Positions 20,145 to 29,132 of a stretch of 64,000 bases of DNA are shown one piece after another. The position numbers and the translations under genes are program-made. Numbering within the stretch: position 1 is the first letter of the stretch; each line of letters opens with the position of its first letter. Below the pieces are notes generated by a model that saw only the letters and a list, made by a program, of their open reading frames with translations, did no database searches and was not told the origin of the DNA. This DNA comes from Clostridiales bacterium (GTDB taxonomy: Bacteria > Bacillota > Clostridia > Peptostreptococcales > Anaerovoracaceae): the NCBI GenBank assembly GCA_012841165.1, contig DUVF01000012.1, forward strand, positions 2,977 through 66,976, in the 5' to 3' direction.

Positions 20145-21962
20145 GTGGCACAAATGATTAATGCGAATGGATTAAACAATGAAGGCTACAGAGTCGTTGT
20201 CGGCATGGCGACCTGCGGCATTTCCGCCGGCGCAAAACCGGTGCTCGAAACGCTTCAAAAAGAAACCGAAGCCAAAGGCTTGAAAAATGTCGAAATTAAA
20301 CCGACCGGCTGCATCGGTATGTGCACCTACGAACCCATTGTCGAGATTTTTGAGCCGGGCAAAAAAAAGGTCACTTACATTCATGTAGACGCTGACAAAG
20401 CCGCCCGCATCGTCTCCGAGCATCTGGCCAAAGGCCAGGCTCTGCCGGAGTACACCGTCGACACGACCGCTACCGACGAAATGAAAAACATCAACGATCT
20501 GCAATTCTACGCCAAACAAAAACGCGTCGTGTTGAGAAACTGTGGATTGATCAACCCCGAAGACATCGAAGAATACATCGCGGTTGGCGGCTACGAAGGC
20601 CTTAAAAAAGCCCTCTCCATGACCCCGGCGGAAGTCATCGACGTCATCAAAGCTTCCGGCCTGCGCGGCAGAGGCGGCGGCGGTTTCCCGACCGGCCAGA
20701 AATGGTCCTTTGCAGCTGTCAACGAAGCTGATCAGAAATACATCATCTGCAACGCCGATGAAGGCGATCCGGGTGCTTTCATGGATCGCAGCTTGCTCGA
20801 AGGCGACCCGCATGCCATTCTTGAAGCGATGGCGATCGGCGGCTATGCCATCGGCGCCACCAAAGGCTTCATCTATGTCCGGGCGGAATATCCCATCGCG
20901 GTCAAACGCCTGAAGATCGCTATCGACCAAGCCAAAGCAAAGAACTATATGGGCGCTAAGATATTCAACAGCAACTTCGATTTCGACATCGAAATCCGCC
21001 TCGGCGCCGGCGCTTTTGTCTGCGGTGAAGAAACCGCGCTTATCGCTTCCATCGAAGGCGAACGCGGCATGTCCCGCAACAAACCTCCTTTCCCGGCCAA
21101 CAAAGGTCTGTGGGGCAAACCGACTATCATCAACAATGTGGAAACTCTGGCCAACATCCCGCAGATTATGGTCAACGGCGCCGATTGGTTCAAGAGCTTC
21201 GGCACCGAAAAATCTCCCGGCACCAAAGTCTTCGCTCTGGCCGGTAAAATCAACAACGGCGGCCTGGTCGAAGTTCCGATGGGCATCACTCTGCGCGAAG
21301 TCATCTATGATGTCGGCGGCGGCTGCCCGAACGACAGGGCTTTCAAAGCCGTTCAGACCGGCGGACCCTCCGGCGGCTGTATCACCACCGCCAGCCTGGA
21401 GACCCCTATCGACTTCGACAACCTGGTTGCACTGGGTTCAATGATGGGTTCCGGCGGTATGGTCGTCATGGACGAAGATAACTGCATGCCCGATATCGCC
21501 CGCTTCTTCCTCGACTTTACAGTCGATGAATCCTGTGGCAAGTGCACCCCCTGCCGTGAGGGCACCAAGCGGATGCTTGAACTGCTCGATAAAATCACCA
21601 CCGGCAAAGCCACCCAGCAGGATCTTAACACCCTCGGCGACTTGGCTGAAAACATCAAGCTGACCTCACTCTGCGGACTCGGTCAAACAGCGCCCAACCC
21701 GGTGCTCTCGACCATGAAACATTTCCGCGACGAGTACGATGCGCATGTCAATGAGCAGAAATGTCCGGCCGGTGTCTGCACCGCGCTGCTCAACTACTTC
21801 ATCACCGAAAAGTGCATCGGCTGCACCAAGTGCGCCAAGAGCTGCCCGACCAACGCAATCACCGGCACTGTCAAGGAGCGGCACGTCATCGATCAGGATA
21901 AATGCATCAAGTGCGGCGCCTGCATGACCGATTGTAAGTTCGATGCCATCATCAGGAAATAG
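20145..21962 (+). CDS. hydB: [FeFe]-hydrogenase NuoF-like flavoprotein subunit (HydB/HndC type)
   Basis: 605 aa with an N-terminal thioredoxin-like 2Fe-2S domain, GRGGGGFPTGQKW (FMN site), ICNADEGDPGAF (NADH site), the SCGKCTPCREG cluster and two C-terminal 4Fe-4S ferredoxin motifs. The start could be GTG 20145 or ATG 20154. Confidence 0.9.
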   Translation: MAQMINANGLNNEGYRVVVGMATCGISAGAKPVLETLQKETEAKGLKNVEIKPTGCIGMCTYEPIVEIFEPGKKKVTYIHVDADKAARIVSEHLAKGQALPEYTVDTTATDEMKNINDLQFYAKQKRVVLRNCGLINPEDIEEYIAVGGYEGLKKALSMTPAEVIDVIKASGLRGRGGGGFPTGQKWSFAAVNEADQKYIICNADEGDPGAFMDRSLLEGDPHAILEAMAIGGYAIGATKGFIYVRAEYPIAVKRLKIAIDQAKAKNYMGAKIFNSNFDFDIEIRLGAGAFVCGEETALIASIEGERGMSRNKPPFPANKGLWGKPTIINNVETLANIPQIMVNGADWFKSFGTEKSPGTKVFALAGKINNGGLVEVPMGITLREVIYDVGGGCPNDRAFKAVQTGGPSGGCITTASLETPIDFDNLVALGSMMGSGGMVVMDEDNCMPDIARFFLDFTVDESCGKCTPCREGTKRMLELLDKITTGKATQQDLNTLGDLAENIKLTSLCGLGQTAPNPVLSTMKHFRDEYDAHVNEQKCPAGVCTALLNYFITEKCIGCTKCAKSCPTNAITGTVKERHVIDQDKCIKCGACMTDCKFDAIIRK

Positions 21963-21975
21963 GAGGATCACTTAA

Positions 21976-23775
21976 ATGGATAATGTCGAAAAAGTCAATG
22001 TGACTATCAATGGTATCGCGGTCAGCGTGCCCAAAGATTACACCGTTCTTTTGGCCGCCAGAGCTGCCGGTATCGATATTCCCACCCTCTGCTATCTCAA
22101 AGATATCAACGAGATCGCCGCTTGCCGTATCTGCGTCGTTGAAGCCGACATTAAAGGCGTCCCGATGCGCAATCTGCCCGCCTCCTGTGTGCTGCAGGTT
22201 CAGGACGGCATGAATGTCAGAACCAATACCCCCAGAGTCCGCAAGGCGGTTCGGCAGAACTTAGAGCTAATCCTGGCTAACCACAACCGTGAATGCCTGA
22301 CCTGCCGCCGCAACGGCACCTGTGAACTGCAAAAGCTGTGCGACGAAATGGGCATCACTGATATCCCCTACGAGGGGGCCAAACGCGAAGGCGCCATCGA
22401 CGACCTGTCCTGGTCCATCGTCCGTGATCCTTCCAAGTGCATCCTCTGCGGCCGCTGCGTCAGCGTCTGTCAAAATGTTCAGGGTCTCGGCGTCCTCGCT
22501 TTCACCAAGCGCGGTTTCAACACCGAAGTCGCTCCTGCTTTCGATTTCAGCATGAGAGACGTCGACTGTGTCTACTGCGGCCAATGCATCAATGCCTGCC
22601 CGGTAGCCGCTCTGCGCGAAAGATCTTACATTGACGATGTCTGGGCTGCCATCGATGATCCCGAAAAATTCGTTGTCGTCCAGACCGCACCGGCTGTTCG
22701 GGCCTCTCTGGGCGAAGAATTCGGCCTGCCGGTCGGCACCCCGGTAACCGGAAAAATGGTCGCCGCCCTCAAGCGCATCGGCTTCGACCGCGTATTCGAT
22801 ACCAACTTCTCAGCCGACCTGACCATCATGGAAGAAGGCACCGAGTTCCTCAATCGTGTCAAAACCGGCGGCGTCCTGCCGATGATCACCTCCTGCTCGC
22901 CGGGCTGGATTCGCTTCTGCGAGATGCACTATCCGGAATTCCTGGATAACCTCTCTACCTGCAAATCCCCGCAGCAGATGTTCGGCGCCATCGTCAAATC
23001 GTACTATGCCGAAAAATTCAATATCGACCCGAAAAAGATCGTCTGCGTCTCCATCATGCCCTGCACTTCCAAGAAAACCGAAGCCAATCGGCCGGAAATG
23101 GAAGTTGACGGCATCCGCGACGTCGATATCTCACTCACCACCCGTGAGCTGGGCGACATGATCAAGCAGGCCAGAATCAATTTCAACGCCCTGCCTGACG
23201 AAGATACCGACAGCATCTTAGGCGATTACACCGGCGCCGCGGTCATCTTCGGCGCCACCGGCGGCGTCATGGAAGCGGCTCTCAGAACAGTAGCCGACAT
23301 CCTGACCGGCGAAAACCTGCAGGATATCGAATATAAAGCTGTCCGCGGCATCGAAGGTGTTAAGGAAGCAACCCTCACCCTGCCGATCGACGGCAAGCCG
23401 ACCGATGTCAACATCGCGGTCTGCTCCAGCACCGCCAATGCGGCCAAGGTTCTCGATTCCGTTAAAGCCGGTGAGAAGAACTACCACTTCATCGAAGTCA
23501 TGGCCTGTCCGGGCGGCTGTGTCCACGGAGGCGGTCAATCCCATGTCTCCGCCAAAGACCGGCTTGATGTCGATCCGAAGGTCAACCGGGCCAACGCGCT
23601 GTATTCAGAAGACGAACGTCTGACGTTGCGTAAATCGCACGACAATCCGGAAGTCCAACAGCTGTACAAGGATTATCTGGAAGCTCCGAACAGCCACAAG
23701 GCACACAAGCTGCTGCATACCCACTACTGCAAACGCGAAGTGTACTGCCCGCCCGAAGGTGAGGCAACTGTATAG
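21976..23775 (+). CDS. hydA: [FeFe]-hydrogenase catalytic subunit (multidomain, HydA of trimeric HydABC type)
   Basis: 599 aa with N-terminal 2Fe-2S and 4Fe-4S domains. H-cluster motifs: L2 MPCTSKKTE and L3 EVMACPGGCVHGGGQ. L1 reads TSCSPGW (see findings). Confidence 0.9.
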   Translation: MDNVEKVNVTINGIAVSVPKDYTVLLAARAAGIDIPTLCYLKDINEIAACRICVVEADIKGVPMRNLPASCVLQVQDGMNVRTNTPRVRKAVRQNLELILANHNRECLTCRRNGTCELQKLCDEMGITDIPYEGAKREGAIDDLSWSIVRDPSKCILCGRCVSVCQNVQGLGVLAFTKRGFNTEVAPAFDFSMRDVDCVYCGQCINACPVAALRERSYIDDVWAAIDDPEKFVVVQTAPAVRASLGEEFGLPVGTPVTGKMVAALKRIGFDRVFDTNFSADLTIMEEGTEFLNRVKTGGVLPMITSCSPGWIRFCEMHYPEFLDNLSTCKSPQQMFGAIVKSYYAEKFNIDPKKIVCVSIMPCTSKKTEANRPEMEVDGIRDVDISLTTRELGDMIKQARINFNALPDEDTDSILGDYTGAAVIFGATGGVMEAALRTVADILTGENLQDIEYKAVRGIEGVKEATLTLPIDGKPTDVNIAVCSSTANAAKVLDSVKAGEKNYHFIEVMACPGGCVHGGGQSHVSAKDRLDVDPKVNRANALYSEDERLTLRKSHDNPEVQQLYKDYLEAPNSHKAHKLLHTHYCKREVYCPPEGEATV

Positions 23776-23812
23776 GACGACATACTGCTCTAGACTCTCA
23801 TTGTTAAACAAA

Positions 23813-23850
23813 CAGAAGGCTGCCTCAGCGTGAGGTGGCCTTCTGTAATT
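23813..23850 (+). terminator. intrinsic terminator after hydA
   Basis: Stem CAGAAGGCTGCCTCA/TGAGGTGGCCTTCTG (15 bp including two G-U pairs) followed by TAATTTT. Confidence 0.8.
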
Positions 23851-23936
23851 TTAAACCCGTATTGAGCCTGGGTTTGTGTTATACTACCTTAAAATCATCT
23901 CCCACCACCACCAGCACCAGATTTCAGGAGAAGAAA

Positions 23937-24434
23937 ATGAACCAGTTGATACTGTCGCAAGAGATGTTGGACAGCGGCATCTCCAAGATATGTCAAGCTA
24001 TTGAAAACCATACTGAGGACCGTTTTAATAAAAAAATGAAGATCCGCTTTGCCTACAGCAATAGCCGCGAAAACCTAATCGCTGTGCGTTTCCCGGTTCA
24101 GGACTGGCAACTCAATCAAAATGGCACTCTGCACGGCGGCGCGATGGCAGCCGGTTTTGATATGGCGATGGGTATTTTTTCAAATTTCATAGCCTATTTA
24201 CATGGCAATGTGGCGGTCACCACTCATCTGAACGTACGTTTTCTCAAAAGTGTACCCGCCGACGAAACCGTATTGGTGACCGCTCGAGCTGAATTGTCCG
24301 AGAATCAGCTGATCTCGCTCACCGGAGAAGCCTGGCTCGAAAGCAGCCAGAACTTGGTTGCCACAGCCGACGCCGCTTTCATGCTAATCACTCCGCCGGC
24401 TGGAACACGCTCTCTCAATGAGCATATCGGCTGA
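23937..24434 (+). CDS. PaaI-family (hotdog fold) acyl-CoA thioesterase
   Basis: Carries the motif NQNGTLHGGAMAAGFDMAMG. I placed the start at MNQLIL (ATG 23937) after CAGGAGAAG, because the longer track ORF would overlap the hydA terminator. Confidence 0.75.
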   Translation: MNQLILSQEMLDSGISKICQAIENHTEDRFNKKMKIRFAYSNSRENLIAVRFPVQDWQLNQNGTLHGGAMAAGFDMAMGIFSNFIAYLHGNVAVTTHLNVRFLKSVPADETVLVTARAELSENQLISLTGEAWLESSQNLVATADAAFMLITPPAGTRSLNEHIG

Positions 24435-24474
24435 CTGCATGTTATAAAATTATAGAAATGGAGAAAAATGTAAT

Positions 24475-24969
24475 ATGTCTGATCGATCGAACTCCCTTTT
24501 TGAACAAAAAGTATTTTCTGATGGTATCCAGGAATTCTATGAGGCCGGCTGCCGCATCAAAGACCGATTGAATGCCAGAATGCAACTGAGCCTGACAGGG
24601 TGTTCCGGCGCCGATCGCAGCATCACTACCCGCTTCACTGTCCGGGAGTGGCAACTTAACATCAATGATTATATGCATGGCGGAATCATGACGACCGCTT
24701 TTGACATGGTAATGGGCATACTGGCAAACTACCTGGGATATGCACAAAGGAAAACCGCCGCCACTGTCAACCTGAACGTCACTTTCTTAAAAACTGTTAA
24801 AAAAGATGACAGCCTGTTGGTCAGTACAAAAGTCGTCTCCGCCGGCAGACGGATGATCTGCCTAACCGGCGAAGCTCACAATGAGAAAACAGGCGCATTG
24901 ATCAGCACTGCCAGCTCCTCTTTTTTGCTGGTCGAACGACCGGACGTTTCAACGCTGAAGGTGAAATAG
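24475..24969 (+). CDS. PaaI-family (hotdog fold) acyl-CoA thioesterase, tandem paralogue
   Basis: 164 aa with the motif NINDYMHGGIMTTAFDMVMG and the same architecture as the upstream gene. Confidence 0.75.
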   Translation: MSDRSNSLFEQKVFSDGIQEFYEAGCRIKDRLNARMQLSLTGCSGADRSITTRFTVREWQLNINDYMHGGIMTTAFDMVMGILANYLGYAQRKTAATVNLNVTFLKTVKKDDSLLVSTKVVSAGRRMICLTGEAHNEKTGALISTASSSFLLVERPDVSTLKVK

Positions 24970-24996
24970 ACAAAATGGCGGCCACAGAAACGCATA

Positions 24997-26670
24997 CTAT
25001 ACGAATATACTGCCGCCAATAAACTCCCTGAGTATGGAATTATTGGCTACATAGGTTTCATCTGTCAGAGGATCGAAAAAGCGCAGAAATTTCAATATCC
25101 GGATTGCCTCACTATAGGCAGGATTATCCTCCGGGATCGCCTCCAGCAGTGGCTGGGCGTGATTCTTTAAAATGGCCAGCTCATAGACAAAGGCCGAATT
25201 GAAGAGTACATCGGCAAAGCTGTTAAAAGCGAAAATGTTCTTGTCTTCCGCCGCCCTCACCTTCGGCCACTGCATGATGGTCATGTCCGCCGTGTAGTTT
25301 CGATGCGTATCATCGCGGACAATACGGCGCAGCAGCCTGGCATCAGTGGTCGGAATCCTGTTATGGTTATCAATATTCAAGCCGGTCAGCGGACTGATAT
25401 ATATCTTGAATTTAAGTTCGGCGGGAATAGACGGTGTCAGCGCGTCATTCAAGCCGTGAATACCTTCTATGACAATCGGTTGATCCTTCTGCAACCTCTC
25501 GATGCGCTGGCCGAACAGCTTGCTGCCTTCTTTGAAGCTGAAGCTGGGTAAGTCTACTTCCTGACCAGCCAGCAGATCTCTCATGTTTTCATTAAAGAGT
25601 TTAACGTCGATCGCCTCTAAATCTTCAAAATTGTATTCGCCACTGGGCAATCTGGGCGTTTCATGACGCTCCAGGAAGTAATCGTCAGTCCCCAAATAGA
25701 GCGGTTTCTTTCCGTTGACCATCAGCTGCACCACCAGGCGCTTGGCAAAGGTCGTCTTCCCCGAAGAGGACGGTCCCGATATGAGGACTATCCGTTTGTT
25801 CTCATGCATGATCTGATCGGCAATCTGGGCGATCTTTTTTTCATGAAATGCTTCGGCCATCAGTATGATGTCGCGATAGCGACCGCTTTCAATGCTCTGG
25901 TTGAGATCGCTGACATAAGAAATGTCCATCAGATTATAGCGTTTTTTGGTTTCGCCAAAAACCTTATATAATTTAGTATCGTCCCGGAAAGGCGGCACCC
26001 GGTCAGGCGATTCAGGAGATGGCAGGCGCAGTAAAGCCCCGTTGCGATAGCGTCTGACCTCAAAATATTTAATATATCCAGATGATGGAACCATTTGCCC
26101 ATAAAAGAAATTCAAATAGCCATCGCATTCATAAATCGGCAGGGACGTGATCTGCGGCGCCCGCCGCATCATGCGTAATTTTTCCTCGTTGCTCCCGTCT
26201 GACAGCGTCGCGAAGGCTTCTTCCTGCGACCATCTCCGCCGGACAAAAGGAATGTCCTGTTCAACGATCTTATGCATCTCCTCTTCGATAGCTGCCACAT
26301 GCTTGTCGGCCAACGGCTTTTTCAGTTTCACCTCAGTGTAGAGGCCCTTATTCAGCGAATTTTCTATATTGACCCGAACCTTTCCATATAGATCGCTGAT
26401 TGCTTTTAAATAAATAAAAGAAACGCTACGCTGATAGATCAGATTAGCCGACTGATTCCGGATATCAAGCAGCGTCACTGTGCAGGGATCGGTAATCGGC
26501 CGGTTTAATTCCTGTACCCGATTATTGACTTTAGCTGCCAGTATGCGAAACGGAAGCTTGTCCTGATATTGCTTGACAAGTTCCTCCAGCATGGTGCCTT
26601 GCGGAACCTGAATCTCCGATATCGGAGATTCAGGTGAGGTTTTCAGGCGAACTAAGATTTCAGCTTTCAT
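24997..26670 (-). CDS. uridine/nucleoside kinase-family protein with a long N-terminal extension (about 280 aa)
   Basis: 557 aa with the P-loop ISGPSSSGKTTFAKRL in the C-terminal half, which is typical of Udk/PRK-family kinases. The N-terminal half has no catalytic motif that I recognise. Confidence 0.75.
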   Translation of the reverse strand: MKAEILVRLKTSPESPISEIQVPQGTMLEELVKQYQDKLPFRILAAKVNNRVQELNRPITDPCTVTLLDIRNQSANLIYQRSVSFIYLKAISDLYGKVRVNIENSLNKGLYTEVKLKKPLADKHVAAIEEEMHKIVEQDIPFVRRRWSQEEAFATLSDGSNEEKLRMMRRAPQITSLPIYECDGYLNFFYGQMVPSSGYIKYFEVRRYRNGALLRLPSPESPDRVPPFRDDTKLYKVFGETKKRYNLMDISYVSDLNQSIESGRYRDIILMAEAFHEKKIAQIADQIMHENKRIVLISGPSSSGKTTFAKRLVVQLMVNGKKPLYLGTDDYFLERHETPRLPSGEYNFEDLEAIDVKLFNENMRDLLAGQEVDLPSFSFKEGSKLFGQRIERLQKDQPIVIEGIHGLNDALTPSIPAELKFKIYISPLTGLNIDNHNRIPTTDARLLRRIVRDDTHRNYTADMTIMQWPKVRAAEDKNIFAFNSFADVLFNSAFVYELAILKNHAQPLLEAIPEDNPAYSEAIRILKFLRFFDPLTDETYVANNSILREFIGGSIFV

Positions 26671-26756
26671 ATGATTTTATCCCCCGATACGATAATTGGC
26701 GCAGCATTTCAATAATTGTACCATAACGAAGAACTCTAAACAATCCGCCCAACAGC

Positions 26757-26785
26757 TTGACAGACGCCCGGTTGACATATAAAAT
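26757..26785 (+). promoter_or_regulatory. candidate promoter of paaK (TTGACA-17-TAAAAT)
   Basis: Hexamers at 26757-26762 and 26780-26785. A second TTGACA lies at 26772. Confidence 0.55.
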
Positions 26786-26833
26786 AGCCACAATAATTCC
26801 CTATCACAGCGACAAAGACAGGGTGAAGCGGAG

Positions 26834-26865
26834 CTCCTCGTCTCTGGCGAAATGAGGAGTTTTTC
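26834..26865 (+). promoter_or_regulatory. terminator-like hairpin in the paaK 5' leader (possible attenuator)
   Basis: An 8-bp stem CTCCTCGT/ATGAGGAG with a 10-nt loop, followed by TTTTT. It ends 8 nt before the AGGAGG RBS. Confidence 0.35.
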
Positions 26866-26886
26866 CATTTACAGGAGGTTGGAATC

Positions 26887-28185
26887 ATGATCTGGAACGA
26901 AACCAAAGAATGCATGTCGCGCGACGAAATGACGCACCTGCAGAATGAAAGACTCAAGACCATGCTCGCCCGAGTCTATCAGAACGTTCCGTTTTATCGT
27001 CGTAAAATGCAGGAAATAGGCATTGAACCCGGCGATGTCAAAGGCATCTCCGATCTCCCCCATCTACCCTTCACCACCAAGCAGGATCTGCGAGACAATT
27101 ATCCTTTCGGCCTCTTCGCTGTGCCCAAAAGTCAGGTCGTGCGTGTACACGCCTCTACCGGAACAACGGGTAAACCCACCGTCGTAGGCTATACCCCAAA
27201 AGACATCCAGATCTTTGCCGAAGTCGTCGCCCGGGCTCTCTACAGCGCCGGCGCCACCAACGAAGATATCATTCAGGTCGCCTATGGCTACGGACTCTTC
27301 ACCGGCGGGCTGGGCCTGCACTACGGAGCAGAGCGGATCGGTGCGGCCGTCGTGCCAATTTCCGGGGGCAACACCGAGAAACAGGTTCAACTGTTGGAAG
27401 ACTTCGGCAGCACTGTTTTAGCCTGCACACCCTCCTACGCAGCCTATATCGCTGAGACACTGGAAAAGAACAAGATCGACCCGGCTTCCCTGCCGTTGCG
27501 AACCGGTATTTTCGGAGCTGAACCCTGGACTGAGGAAATGCGCCTGCGCATCGAAAAAGGACTGGCCATCTCGGCTTTTGATATCTATGGGCTGAGTGAG
27601 ATCATAGGCCCTGGCGTCTCAGCCAGCTGCTCAGCTCAAGACGGTCTGCATATCGCAGAAGATCATTTCATACCCGAGATCATCGACTCCGATACCTTGC
27701 AGCCGCTTCCTGCCGGATCGACCGGCGAGTTGGTCTTCACCGCCGTGACAAAAGAAGCGATGCCCTTGCTGCGTTACCGCACCCGCGACTTGTCAAAGCT
27801 AAATCCTGAAATCTGCTCCTGCGGTCGGACATCTATCCGCATGGCCCGCGTGTTTGGCCGGTCTGACGACATGTTGATCATTCGCGGCGTCAATGTTTTT
27901 CCATCCCAGATCGAAGCCGTGTTAATGGATATACCGGAAGCCAAACCGCACTATATGCTTATCATCGATCGCCAGGGAACGCTTGATACCCTTGAGATTC
28001 AGCTGGAACTTGAAGAACGCTTTTTCTCCGACGAACTGGCCGAAATGGAGCAGATTCAACGCAAAATACAGCATAAAATCGAAAATGTGCTTGGCCTCAG
28101 CGTTATACTTAAGCTGGTCGAACACAACACTCTGAAGCGCAGCGAAGGCAAGGCGGAACGGGTGATCGACCGCCGTCGCTCTTAA
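26887..28185 (+). CDS. paaK: phenylacetate-CoA ligase family (PaaK / F390 synthetase-like adenylate-forming enzyme)
   Basis: 432 aa with [11 protein letters not shown] (AMP-binding motif), YGLSE, and the characteristic N-terminus ...LQNERLK...YRRKM. Confidence 0.88.
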   Translation: MIWNETKECMSRDEMTHLQNERLKTMLARVYQNVPFYRRKMQEIGIEPGDVKGISDLPHLPFTTKQDLRDNYPFGLFAVPKSQVVRVHASTGTTGKPTVVGYTPKDIQIFAEVVARALYSAGATNEDIIQVAYGYGLFTGGLGLHYGAERIGAAVVPISGGNTEKQVQLLEDFGSTVLACTPSYAAYIAETLEKNKIDPASLPLRTGIFGAEPWTEEMRLRIEKGLAISAFDIYGLSEIIGPGVSASCSAQDGLHIAEDHFIPEIIDSDTLQPLPAGSTGELVFTAVTKEAMPLLRYRTRDLSKLNPEICSCGRTSIRMARVFGRSDDMLIIRGVNVFPSQIEAVLMDIPEAKPHYMLIIDRQGTLDTLEIQLELEERFFSDELAEMEQIQRKIQHKIENVLGLSVILKLVEHNTLKRSEGKAERVIDRRRS

Positions 28186-28209
28186 TTGCCCACCGAAAGG
28201 AGGTCTCCC

Positions 28210-28605
28210 ATGATTATTTCCCAGCTATCAGTGTTTGTCCAAAACGAATCTGGCCGTCTGGTCAATGTGACCGGCATACTGGAAAAAGCGGGCATTAATA
28301 TCACCGCCCTTTCACTGGCGGAAACCGGAGAATATGGAGTGCTCCGCATGATTGTCAGCGACATAGAAGCCGCTGCCGCCGCCCTGCGGGATGCCAATTA
28401 TATCGTCAAGCTGACCGAGGTCAATTGCATCGTCACCCCGGATGTGCCGGGAGCTTTGAATTCATGCCTGGAAAAATTAGCGGAGGCCGGAATTAACTTG
28501 GCTTACATGTACGGCTATTCGAGCGATCAGCAGGCTCGTCTGGTTCTTAAGACCAGCGCGGCCGAACGCACCGAGGAAGTGCTGGCAGATTGCACTACCG
28601 GCTGA
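28210..28605 (+). CDS. ACT domain protein
   Basis: Tandem ACT-like repeats (ISQLSVFVQNESGRL, CIVTPDVPGAL), in the usual position downstream of paaK. ATG 28210 follows GAAAGGAGG. Confidence 0.8.
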   Translation: MIISQLSVFVQNESGRLVNVTGILEKAGINITALSLAETGEYGVLRMIVSDIEAAAAALRDANYIVKLTEVNCIVTPDVPGALNSCLEKLAEAGINLAYMYGYSSDQQARLVLKTSAAERTEEVLADCTTG

Positions 28606-28620
28606 ATATAGTCTGAACCA

Positions 28621-28649
28621 GGAACCGGTTGTTAACCGGTTCCTTTTTT
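28621..28649 (+). terminator. intrinsic terminator after the ACT gene
   Basis: Stem GGAACCGGTT/AACCGGTTCC followed by TTTTTT. Confidence 0.75.
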
Positions 28650-28685
28650 ATTCTCTGTCTACTCTTGTTCTCTGCTGATTCTCCA

Positions 28686-28925
28686 CTACAGCTCCAGGCC
28701 GTCAAATAAATTACGCAATTCACGGACCTCGTCCTGGGTCATTGTAATGCCCCGGCCCATCTTAGCGTGGGCTTCATCCCAGCTCCGGATATCAAATTTG
28801 GCCGGACCGCCGTTCCAGCTCACCCGATTCAACTCGCGCGTCCAGCCTTTGCTGTCTCGGCTGATGATGCCGATGTGTTCCACCAATTCAAAGGTTATTT
28901 CTCTGTCTTTCCCGTCATTTACCAT
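28686..28925 (-). CDS. PC4/YdbC-like single-stranded DNA-binding protein
   Basis: The sequence ITFELVEHIGIISRDSKGWTRELNRVSWNGGPAKFDIRSW resembles the bacterial YdbC/PC4 fold family. I placed the start at MVNDGK (ATG 28925) after AGGAGGAAGG. Confidence 0.65.
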   Translation of the reverse strand: MVNDGKDREITFELVEHIGIISRDSKGWTRELNRVSWNGGPAKFDIRSWDEAHAKMGRGITMTQDEVRELRNLFDGLEL

Positions 28926-29132
28926 GTCCTTCCTCCTGTCTGCCGCTTGGCGGCTGATTTGATGTCTTTTCATCCTAAGCGAAGCACAGGCTTTTTGTCA
29001 ACACATTATTACATTTATTCCATATACTAACATCCGACAGCCATGGTCAGACGTTTCTTGTAAGTCCAACTCGAATATGATAAGCTAAGACAACAAACTT
29101 GAACGCAGATTGATTCAGAAAGGAGTTTTCTC

